A stretch of DNA of 51,452 nucleotides. It comes from a virus (Duplodnaviria; Caudoviricetes). The stretch lies in IMG/VR virus record IMGVR_UViG_3300046171_000140, positions 1 through 51,452 of that record; one strand, given 5' to 3'. The notes beneath the pieces were generated by a model. The model saw only the letters and a list, made by a program, of their open reading frames with translations, searched no databases and was not told where the DNA came from. Shown one piece after another: positions 1-7,485 of this stretch. The first letter of the stretch is position 1, and each line of letters begins with the position of its first letter. The translations under genes were made by a program, and so were the position numbers.

Positions 1-620
1 ACTATTTTTATTTACAAAATCTTTAAAGTATTGTTAACTTGATGAATTGTATTTGTAATAACTCTTAGTAAACAAGTTGCTTTCTTACTTAATAGAGCTT
101 AATAGAAGATAAAGTGTTTCAAAGTTATCAAGTTATTAGGTTAAATTGATTAATGCCAACTCTTCAGGATTCTAGAATTTGGTAGCTCTTCAAGATTACT
201 TTGAAACTCTTTTAAATATAACTACAACATAATGAGGACTCTTTGTAACATAGGCATATGGTGATGATAAAGGATTTGTAGAGAATCTTAAGGGCTAAGC
301 AACTCTAGGGGAATGTAAAGGTTTCATTTTGCTAAGAAAGCTAATGGTAACTTAAATGGACTAAAAGCCCTTTAGATTCTGTAGCTTTGGACTTTTGCTT
401 AGTTGTACTTGGAAAACTTATGTTGAAGAAGACTGAATGGTTTTTGAAGTTATTAGAGTTCCTTTAGTCTATGCAAAATTCTCAAAGCTTACTTAACTTA
501 GTTTATGTTCTTTGAAGATTTCTTAGTCCTCATTAGTTTTGTTAGTTTTTATTATGGAATGTAAGGATATGTTTATATTCTATAGGGGCAGGCAGGTGAC
601 CATGCCCTCCACCACCCATA
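1..620. repeat. Direct terminal repeat, left copy
   Basis: 1-620 (actatttttatttacaaaat...ccaccacccata) is repeated at 50832-51452; the only difference seen is one extra T near 51303. Confidence 0.97.
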
Positions 621-806
621 TATATAGCATGGTCATACAAAATTAATAAGATTGGATGTAAACCAGATTGCCCCGGCTACTAGTTAACATTTTGACTCTA
701 AAGACTAGTAGTTTTTTTATAGTTAAAAGGTAGTTTTATGGAGGTAGTATTTGGACTGAGAGAACTCTCTAATATACTACTATTCACCCGGGGGGGCACT
801 AAAGTT

Positions 807-835
807 ATTATAGCTTCTAAAACAGCTTTTGTCAA
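807..835 (-). promoter_or_regulatory. Consensus sigma70 promoter, leftward
   Basis: Minus strand TTGACA (835-830), 17-nt spacer, TATAAT (812-807). Confidence 0.8.
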
Positions 836-861
836 GAAGTTTTAAAATTATTTTTAATTAC

Positions 862-890
862 TTGACAAAACTAATTAATACTACTATAAT
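862..890 (+). promoter_or_regulatory. Consensus sigma70 promoter for the packaging/virion operon
   Basis: TTGACA (862-867), 17-nt spacer, TATAAT (885-890); ATG at 898. Confidence 0.85.
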
Positions 891-897
891 AAAGAGC

Positions 898-1341
898 ATG
901 GCAATTCTACCAAGTGTAAATAATACTACTAGTAAACGACAACTTACTGAAAAGCAACAATCGTTTTTAGAACACTTAGTTGAAACTGAAGGTGATGCTA
1001 AAAAGGCTGCAGAACTTGCAGGGTATACAAGTCATTATCATCATGTAGTTAAAACTTTAAAGAATGAAATCTTAGAAATAACTAATGAGATATTAGCAAA
1101 CTCTGCACCTAAAGCAGCTTTTAAGCTTGTTGAGATTATGGAATCTAAACGACCTATAGTTCAAGCCAATAATAAATTAGCAGCAGCTCAAACTCTACTA
1201 GATAGAGTTGGTGTTGGTCGTAAAGATACAATAGATGTGAATCACAGGGTAGGTGGTGGTATTTTTTTAATGCCCGATAAACAACCTATAGAAACAGTTG
1301 AGGATGCTGAGTATGAAAATATTTCTAACAGAGATGACTAA
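898..1341 (+). CDS. terS: Terminase small subunit
   Basis: N-terminal HTH LTEKQQSFL...AAELAGY and AAAQTLLDRVG typical of TerS; first gene of the late arm. Start moved from 829 to ATG 898, just downstream of the promoter. Confidence 0.75.
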   Translation: MAILPSVNNTTSKRQLTEKQQSFLEHLVETEGDAKKAAELAGYTSHYHHVVKTLKNEILEITNEILANSAPKAAFKLVEIMESKRPIVQANNKLAAAQTLLDRVGVGRKDTIDVNHRVGGGIFLMPDKQPIETVEDAEYENISNRDD

Positions 1342-1513
1342 AGATGGAGAAGTTTTCCCCGGTCCTAATATTATTGCTCAAGATTCAAAACAAGCTAAAG
1401 AAGTTGCTGATTATAATGGACTAATATTACTAGGTGAATTTAAAGAAATATTTTTTAAAAATGAATTAATGTCTTATATAGATGAAGATATAACAAATAG
1501 AGTATTACATTAA
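1313..1513 (+). CDS. Hypothetical protein
   Basis: ORF overlapping the terS end; GAGG precedes ATG 1313. Confidence 0.6.
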   Translation: MKIFLTEMTKDGEVFPGPNIIAQDSKQAKEVADYNGLILLGEFKEIFFKNELMSYIDEDITNRVLH

Positions 1514-1514
1514 G

Positions 1515-1802
1515 ATGGCTAAGAAAAAAGATTCAAGACTTGCAAAAGCTGGAGTATCTGGTTATAATAAACCTAAACGTACTCCAAACCATAAAACTAA
1601 ATCGCATGTGGTAGTTGCTAAAGTAGGTGATAAAATTAAAACAATTAGATTTGGACAACAAGGTGTTAAAGGTGCTGGTAAAAACCCAACTTCTAAAAAA
1701 GACAAAGCTAGAAAAAAAAGTTACTATGCTAGACATAATGCTCAAGATTCAAGTCCAAGTAAATTAAGTGCCCGTTATTGGTCACATAAAGTAAAGTGGT
1801 AA
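1515..1802 (+). CDS. Small Lys-rich basic phage protein
   Basis: 95 aa, K/R-rich, with IRFGQQG...YYARH...SARYWS motifs seen in marine phage proteins. Confidence 0.75.
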   Translation: MAKKKDSRLAKAGVSGYNKPKRTPNHKTKSHVVVAKVGDKIKTIRFGQQGVKGAGKNPTSKKDKARKKSYYARHNAQDSSPSKLSARYWSHKVKW

Positions 1803-1808
1803 GATTTT

Positions 1809-1919
1809 CGTTCATCTCGAAAGAGACGGAAGTAGGTTAGAAAGGAAAACCTCCCTAGTAATAGGGGTAAGCTAAGTACTAGCAATAGGAACAGAGACCG
1901 ACATCTACCGAAGGAACGC
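1809..1919 (+). ncRNA. Glutamine riboswitch (glnA-type three-way junction) with extended P3
   Basis: P1 CGTTC(1809-13)/GAACG(1914-18); P2 TCTC-GAAA-GAGA; conserved GGAAGTA (1828-34) and GAAG (1910-13) E-loop halves; lies upstream of a YRG peptide. Confidence 0.85.
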
Positions 1920-1975
1920 ATAGGCTGTCATTTAAATATGACTTAATATTAACCTATGAAAACTGGAGGCACGAT

Positions 1976-2137
1976 ATGGCTACTTACAGAGGTATCAAGG
2001 TAACTCTTGAAAATACTCACGTTGAAAAAGCGAAAGCTCAACCGGGTATTTACAGAGGTATCAAGCATGATGCAGAACCTAGTAAGTCTAAGAAAGCTAC
2101 CAACGGTATTTACCGTGGTGTTAAATGGACTAACTAA
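1976..2137 (+). CDS. 53-aa triple-YRG peptide (DUF4278-like)
   Basis: Translated by hand: MATYRGIKVTLENTHVEKAKAQPGIYRGIKHDAEPSKSKKATNGIYRGVKWTN; SD GGAGG at 1965-1969; absent from the ORF track. Confidence 0.85.
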   Translation: MATYRGIKVTLENTHVEKAKAQPGIYRGIKHDAEPSKSKKATNGIYRGVKWTN

Positions 2138-2143
2138 CCATAC

Positions 2144-2170
2144 TTCCTGAGCAAGAATTAAAACTGCTCA
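2144..2170 (+). other. Candidate H-type RNA pseudoknot, copy 1
   Basis: TTC/GAA stem, 1-nt loop, TGAGCA/TGCTCA stem; covarying copy at 48753-48780 on the minus strand. Confidence 0.55.
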
Positions 2171-2176
2171 CAAATT

Positions 2177-2356
2177 ATGCCAAGTTTAGGAAGTGATGAA
2201 AAACCGGTCTTAATGACCAATAAAAAAAATAAAGGTAGGATTGGTAAAGGTTCTAGAATTAGACCATCAGCAGTATCTACTCAACAATTTTCAGATAACT
2301 GGGATAAAATATTTAATAAAAAAAATAATGAAAAAAAAGAAATCGACAGTAAATAA
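2177..2356 (+). CDS. 59-aa basic peptide (GKGSR...NWDKIF motif)
   Basis: Hand-translated MPSLGSDEKPVLMTNKKNKGRIGKGSRIRPSAVSTQQFSDNWDKIFNKK...; motif is common in small phage proteins. Confidence 0.65.
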   Translation: MPSLGSDEKPVLMTNKKNKGRIGKGSRIRPSAVSTQQFSDNWDKIFNKKNNEKKEIDSK

Positions 2357-2507
2357 AGCTGGTAACTATACTAAACCTACTATGCGTAAGAATCTTTTTA
2401 ATAGAATTAAAGCTGGTAGTAAAGGTGGTAAACCCGGTCAATGGTCAGCTCGTAAAGCACAGATGTTAGCTAAACAATATAAAGCTAAAGGTGGTGGTTA
2501 TAAATAA
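2328..2507 (+). CDS. Small Lys-rich phage protein (GGKPGQWSARKAQ motif)
   Basis: Conserved basic phage protein motif; start placed at ATG 2328. Confidence 0.75.
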   Translation: MKKKKSTVNKAGNYTKPTMRKNLFNRIKAGSKGGKPGQWSARKAQMLAKQYKAKGGGYK

Positions 2508-2542
2508 ATTTAACTTTGTTATCATTAAAAGGATTTTAAACT

Positions 2543-2722
2543 ATGACAGATTTTATTTTATTAACAACCCTAGCTTTATGTATTATTGCTATGATAGGTG
2601 AAAATTCAAACCCTAGAGGTATGAATATTTTTTGGTATAAAGTTAATGTTAAAAGAAAAACTTATTGGAAAGCTTTAACTGAATACGATTCTGGTAATAA
2701 TAAAGGCAATGGACCAAGATAA
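2543..2722 (+). CDS. 59-aa protein with N-terminal hydrophobic segment
   Basis: MTDFILLTTLALCIIAMIGENSNPRG...; AAGGA upstream; fills the gap in the operon. Confidence 0.55.
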   Translation: MTDFILLTTLALCIIAMIGENSNPRGMNIFWYKVNVKRKTYWKALTEYDSGNNKGNGPR

Positions 2723-2846
2723 AGTAGAAGATGTTAATACAATAATGTTGCGTAACCCTATGCTATATGCAGTAATTATTCCATCGTGTATGACTATTAT
2801 ACCACCAACATTAGCAGTAGCAGTTATTTATTTTTTACAAGCATGA
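2709..2846 (+). CDS. 45-aa predicted membrane peptide
   Basis: MDQDKVEDVNTIMLRNPMLYAVIIPSCMTIIPPTLAVAVIYFLQA; ATGA overlap with the next gene. Confidence 0.55.
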   Translation: MDQDKVEDVNTIMLRNPMLYAVIIPSCMTIIPPTLAVAVIYFLQA

Positions 2847-3148
2847 AAAAGAAAGACCCTAAAAAAGGTACAGGTAAAAAACCAAAAGGTTCAGGTAGAC
2901 GTTTATATACTGATGAGAATCCTAAAGATACTGTTAGTATTAAATATAAAACACCAGCAGATGCTAGAGCAACAGTTGCTAAAGTTAAAAAAATTAATAA
3001 ACCTTTTGCTCGTAAAATACAGATACTAACTGTTTTAGAACAACGAGCTAAAGTAGCTGGTAAAACACAACAAGCTTCTATAGCTAAAAAAGGTAAAGAA
3101 GCAATTAGAAAAAAACATGGCACTCAAAAAAAGTCAAAGAAGTCTTAG
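2843..3148 (+). CDS. Lys-rich phage protein (GSGRRLYTDENPKDTV motif)
   Basis: Conserved marine phage motif; ATGA coupling at 2843. Confidence 0.75.
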   Translation: MKKKDPKKGTGKKPKGSGRRLYTDENPKDTVSIKYKTPADARATVAKVKKINKPFARKIQILTVLEQRAKVAGKTQQASIAKKGKEAIRKKHGTQKKSKKS

Positions 3149-3362
3149 AACGTGGACTAAACAAAAATGGCGAACTCCAAGTGGTAAAAAGTCTTCGGAG
3201 ACTGGTGAAGTATATGCTCCAGCTGCTAAGATTAAAAAACTTAAATCAACTTCTAAAGGTCGTAGTAAACTTGCAGCAGCTAATAAAAAGAAACGAGAAG
3301 CTACTGCTAAAGGTAAACAACATGCTCAACATGGTTTACATCGTAAAAAGAAAAAGAAATGA
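3117..3362 (+). CDS. Lys-rich phage protein (WTKQKWRT..GKKSSETGE motif)
   Basis: 81 aa, strongly basic, translationally coupled to its neighbours. Confidence 0.75.
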   Translation: MALKKSQRSLRTWTKQKWRTPSGKKSSETGEVYAPAAKIKKLKSTSKGRSKLAAANKKKREATAKGKQHAQHGLHRKKKKK

Positions 3363-3622
3363 TACCTGACGGATATATAAAACGAGCTTCTTCTACTATT
3401 CCTTTTGGTTATGAATCAGACGATATGCTTGAAGGTTATTTAAAACCTATACCAGAAGAATTAATAATACTAAAAGAAGTAGCAGCAGCTGTGTTTAATG
3501 GTGAAATTAGTTTAGGTATTGCAGTTGATTGGTTAGAAGCTGAGACAGGAAAATCTATGTCTCGACCCGGATTAAAAAAATATGTAGACAAAGTATATGG
3601 AAGATTGGGAAATAAATCCTGA
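3359..3622 (+). CDS. Small putative DNA-binding protein (IPFGY motif) upstream of terL
   Basis: PFGY motif and helical C-terminus resembling a recombinase-type DNA-binding domain. Confidence 0.6.
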   Translation: MIPDGYIKRASSTIPFGYESDDMLEGYLKPIPEELIILKEVAAAVFNGEISLGIAVDWLEAETGKSMSRPGLKKYVDKVYGRLGNKS

Positions 3623-5243
3623 AAAGTACTTGACAAATGCTTCAGGAGAGTATATACTTAACAAAGATGGTACTCCACGAAAGAAAGGTGGTAGACCAAA
3701 GAATACAGAATTAAGTAGTGTTAAAGCTGCATTACAAGCTCAGAAAGCTTTAAAAAATAAAAACCAAAAAGTTAAAAAACTTAGAAGGAATTTAAAAAGA
3801 GCAGAAACTGAGTTAAGTAAAAAAGAAAAAGCTTTAACAACTAATGTTCTAACAGAATCAGATAAGAAAGAATTACCTGATGCAGTTCAAGAACATTTAG
3901 ATACTACAGGTTCTACTGTGGCATTTATGCCTAATGAAGGACCTCAGACAGATTTTTTAGCTTCCTCCGAAAAAGATGTACTTTATGGAGGAGCAGCTGG
4001 TGGTGGGAAAAGCTTTGCAATGCTTATAGACCCACTAAGGTATTGTCACATTAAAGCTCATAGAGCTTTGATAATAAGAAGGTCAATGCCTGAACTAAGA
4101 GAACTTATAGATAAGTCTCGTGAATTGTATCCGAATGCATTTCCGGGAGCTAAGTTCAAAGAAGTTGAAAAACTTTGGCAGTTTCCTTCTGGTGCTAAAA
4201 TAGAGTTTGGATTTTTAGAACGAGATGCAGATGTGTATCGTTATCAAGGACAAGCATACAGTTGGATTGGCTTTGATGAGATAACACACTTACCAACAGA
4301 ATTTGGTTGGAATTATCTAGCATCACGATTAAGAACAACTGACCCAGAGCTGCCTACGTTTTTACGTTGTACAGCTAACCCCGGAGGGGTTGGTGCTCAA
4401 TGGGTAAAAAAAAGATATGTTGAACCTTCAGGATATAATAAAAGTTTTATTGGTTCTGATGGTTTAAGTCGGAAGTTTATTCCAGCATTGTTACAGGATA
4501 ACCCGTACCTTGCTGAAGATGGTGAATATGAAAGGATGTTACAATCCTTACCAGCAATACAGCGTAAGCAGTTACTGGAAGGGAATTGGGATATAAGTGA
4601 AGGTGCAGCCTTTGCTGAGTTTGACCCAAACATACATGTTATACCACCATTTGATATACCTACTTATTGGGAACGATTTAAAGGTATTGACTATGGATAC
4701 GCTTCTGAAAGTTGCTGTTTATGGGCTACAATAGACCCCGAAGACAAGACCATCATTATTTATAAAGAATTATACAAAAAAGGTCTTACAGGGGATGCTC
4801 TTGCAGATACAATAACAGCTATGGAAGAAAATGAAGTTAAATCAATAGGTGGTGTTTTAGATACTGCAGCTTGGTCAAGGACTGGTTATACTGGTCCGAC
4901 TATTGGTGAAATCTTAGTTCAGAAAGGACATAAACTAAGAAGAGCTGATAAAAATAGAATTGCTGGTAAGATTCAAATACATGAATCATTAAGACCTAAT
5001 AGGGATACTGGCAGACCAAGATTACAAATATCTAGTACCTGTGTTAATTTAATTAAAGAATTACAAGGAATACCTTTATCTAAAAGTAATCCTGAAGATG
5101 TAGATACTCACGCTGCTGACCACGCATATGATGCATTAAGGTATATGTTAATGAGTAGACCTAGATTAGATAATCCTTATGATAGGATGTTAAAAATAAA
5201 GTCAGAAGTTTACCAACCTTCTGATAGCACATTTGGTTATTAA
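3597..5243 (+). CDS. terL: Terminase large subunit
   Basis: Walker A YGGAAGGGKS, Walker B IGFDE, coupling motif TANPGG, RNase H-like GIDYGY and DHAYDALRY. Confidence 0.97.
   Translation: MEDWEINPEKYLTNASGEYILNKDGTPRKKGGRPKNTELSSVKAALQAQKALKNKNQKVKKLRRNLKRAETELSKKEKALTTNVLTESDKKELPDAVQEHLDTTGSTVAFMPNEGPQTDFLASSEKDVLYGGAAGGGKSFAMLIDPLRYCHIKAHRALIIRRSMPELRELIDKSRELYPNAFPGAKFKEVEKLWQFPSGAKIEFGFLERDADVYRYQGQAYSWIGFDEITHLPTEFGWNYLASRLRTTDPELPTFLRCTANPGGVGAQWVKKRYVEPSGYNKSFIGSDGLSRKFIPALLQDNPYLAEDGEYERMLQSLPAIQRKQLLEGNWDISEGAAFAEFDPNIHVIPPFDIPTYWERFKGIDYGYASESCCLWATIDPEDKTIIIYKELYKKGLTGDALADTITAMEENEVKSIGGVLDTAAWSRTGYTGPTIGEILVQKGHKLRRADKNRIAGKIQIHESLRPNRDTGRPRLQISSTCVNLIKELQGIPLSKSNPEDVDTHAADHAYDALRYMLMSRPRLDNPYDRMLKIKSEVYQPSDSTFGY
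3630..3658 (+). promoter_or_regulatory. Internal sigma70-like promoter in the terL 5' end
   Basis: TTGACA (3630-35), 17-nt spacer, TATACT (3653-58). Confidence 0.55.
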
Positions 5244-5245
5244 GT

Positions 5246-7456
5246 ATGGCAGAAAACGACAATACATTTCTAACAGCTAACAATTTATATGAAGAAGTTG
5301 AAGGTGAAGCAGGAAAAACATTATCCTTAGAAGATGACCAAAGAATAAATTTAGTTGGTATAATTAAAGATAGATTTCAAAAAGCAGAAGATGTTAGAAA
5401 TACTGATGAAAAAAGATGGTTAAAATCTTATGAAAACTATCGAGGACTTTACAGTAAAGGAGTAAAGTTTAGAGAATCAGAAAAGTCTAGAGTATTTGTT
5501 AAAGTAACTAAAACAAAAGTTTTAGCAGCTTTTGGTCAATTAGTTGATGTTATATTTGGTACAGGTAAATTTCCGATAGGAATTTCCGAAACACATATAC
5601 CAGAAGGTGAAAAAGAAAATGCTTATCTTGATGCTACTAACCCTACTCCCGGATTAGAAACAAGTATACCAGATAACATTGGTAATAGATTAGAAGACGA
5701 ACCACAAGAAAATCCTTATAATATTGGTTATGAAGGTGATGGTAAAGTTTTAAAAGCAGGTGCTACTTATGGCACTGGAATGTTTGAAGAAACTATTGAA
5801 AATCAAGCAAATGCTTTAGGTTTATTAAAAGAAGGTTTAAGTCCTTTGCCTCAAGCAGTAGAACTTTCTCCAGCAGAAAAAGCTGCAAGAAGAATGGAAA
5901 AACTTGTTCATGACCAAATAGAAGAGTCTAATGGGTCAGCTGAGATAAGAAATGCTTTACTTGAAGCAGCTTTATTAGGTACTGGAATTATTAAAGGACC
6001 ATTTAATTTTAATAAAAAATTACATAAATGGGAAAATAATGAAGAAGGTATTAGAGAATATAATCCACTTGAAGTAAGAGTACCTAGAATAGAATTTGTA
6101 AGTTGTTGGGATTTTTATCCAGACCCTACAGCTACTAATATAGAAGAATGTGAGTTTATAATTCACAGACATAAAATGAATCGTAGTCAATTAAGACAGT
6201 TAAAAAACATGCCTTACTTTAATAAAGATGCTATTCGTGAATGTATACAAATGGGTCCAAACTATGAAGAAAAAGATTTTGAAAGTCAACTAAAAGATGA
6301 TTATAATGTTGATGAAAGTTATGCCCCTAACTTTGAAGTGCTTGAATATTGGGGAATTATGGATGCAGAATATGCTAGAGAAGTTGGTATAGATTTACCA
6401 AACTCTATAGATGATTTAGATGAGGTACAAATAAACGCTTGGGTATCTGGAGATAAATTATTACGAGCAGTAATAAATCCTTTTACACCATATCGTATAC
6501 CTTATAACGCATTCCCTTATGAAAGAAACCCTTATAATTTCTTTGGTATTGGAGTAGCTGAGAATATGAATGATTCTCAACAAATTATGAATGGTCATGC
6601 AAGAATGGCTATTGATAACTTAGCATTAGCTGGTTCATTAGTATTTGATGTTGATGAATCTGCTTTAGTAGGTGGGCAAAATATGGAGGTCTATCCCGGC
6701 AAAATCTTTAGAAGACAAGCTGGAATGCCGGGTCAATCTATTTATGGTCTTAAGTTTCCTAATACAGCACCTGAGAACATGATGATGTTTGACCGATTTA
6801 GACAACTTGCTGATGAGCAAACAGGAATACCTAGTTATTCTCATGGGCAAACAGGTGTACAAAGTATGACAAGAACTGCTTCTGGTATGTCAATGTTACT
6901 TGGTGCATCAAGTTTAAATATTAAAACAGTCATTAAAAATCTTGATGACTTTTTATTAAAGCCACTAGGAGAGTCTTACTTTCAATGGAACATGCAGTTT
7001 TTTGAAGGTGACTTAGATGTGGTAGGTGATTTAGAAGTTAAAGCTACAGGTACAAATAGCTTGATGCAGAAAGAAGTTAGAAGTCAAAGACTAACAATGT
7101 TTTTACAAACTGCTCAAAGTCCAGCGATTGCACCATTTGTTAAAGTTTCTAAATTAGTTAGTGAACTTGCCTATAGCCTAGATTTAGACCCAGATGAAAT
7201 TCTAAATGACCCAGAAGAAGCAGCTATTATGGCACAAATAATAGGAATGCAAAATGCTCAACAAAATACAGGCGAAGAAACTCAACCCGATAGTCAACAA
7301 CAGACAGGTATGGGAAGCCTTGGAGGAACACCTCAAGGACCTCAAGACCTTGGAGTTACAGGCACTGGCGGTGGCAACATCGGAATCGGAAATGTTCCGG
7401 TTGCAGGGGAGGATTCATTCTCTGGCACGATTAATAACACTACCGCAACAGGTTAA
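5246..7456 (+). CDS. Portal protein
   Basis: 736 aa directly after terL; P22-like portal motifs (VSCWDFYPDP, GIGVAE, TRTASGMSML). Confidence 0.9.
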   Translation: MAENDNTFLTANNLYEEVEGEAGKTLSLEDDQRINLVGIIKDRFQKAEDVRNTDEKRWLKSYENYRGLYSKGVKFRESEKSRVFVKVTKTKVLAAFGQLVDVIFGTGKFPIGISETHIPEGEKENAYLDATNPTPGLETSIPDNIGNRLEDEPQENPYNIGYEGDGKVLKAGATYGTGMFEETIENQANALGLLKEGLSPLPQAVELSPAEKAARRMEKLVHDQIEESNGSAEIRNALLEAALLGTGIIKGPFNFNKKLHKWENNEEGIREYNPLEVRVPRIEFVSCWDFYPDPTATNIEECEFIIHRHKMNRSQLRQLKNMPYFNKDAIRECIQMGPNYEEKDFESQLKDDYNVDESYAPNFEVLEYWGIMDAEYAREVGIDLPNSIDDLDEVQINAWVSGDKLLRAVINPFTPYRIPYNAFPYERNPYNFFGIGVAENMNDSQQIMNGHARMAIDNLALAGSLVFDVDESALVGGQNMEVYPGKIFRRQAGMPGQSIYGLKFPNTAPENMMMFDRFRQLADEQTGIPSYSHGQTGVQSMTRTASGMSMLLGASSLNIKTVIKNLDDFLLKPLGESYFQWNMQFFEGDLDVVGDLEVKATGTNSLMQKEVRSQRLTMFLQTAQSPAIAPFVKVSKLVSELAYSLDLDPDEILNDPEEAAIMAQIIGMQNAQQNTGEETQPDSQQQTGMGSLGGTPQGPQDLGVTGTGGGNIGIGNVPVAGEDSFSGTINNTTATG

Positions 7457-7484
7457 AGAAGCATTAACAAGAGTAGAGGAATAA
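7254..7484 (+). CDS. 76-aa protein overlapping the portal 3' end in another frame
   Basis: Helical sequence with FRLQG motif typical of small post-portal genes; ends 2 nt before the next ATG. Confidence 0.6.
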   Translation: MLNKIQAKKLNPIVNNRQVWEALEEHLKDLKTLELQALAVATSESEMFRLQGRIHSLARLITLPQQVKEALTRVEE

Positions 7485-7485
7485 T

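Noticed and set aside
829-897. N-terminal extension of TerS from the ORF track
   Set aside because: It overlaps both consensus promoters and has no SD; ATG 898 is more plausible.
1809-1919. tRNA or self-cleaving ribozyme interpretation of the structured RNA
   Set aside because: No cloverleaf, T-loop or hammerhead core; the conserved nucleotides fit the glnA glutamine aptamer.
3359-3622. Serine recombinase/integrase implying a temperate lifestyle
   Set aside because: Only 87 aa with a PFGY motif; no catalytic domain, att site or repressor.
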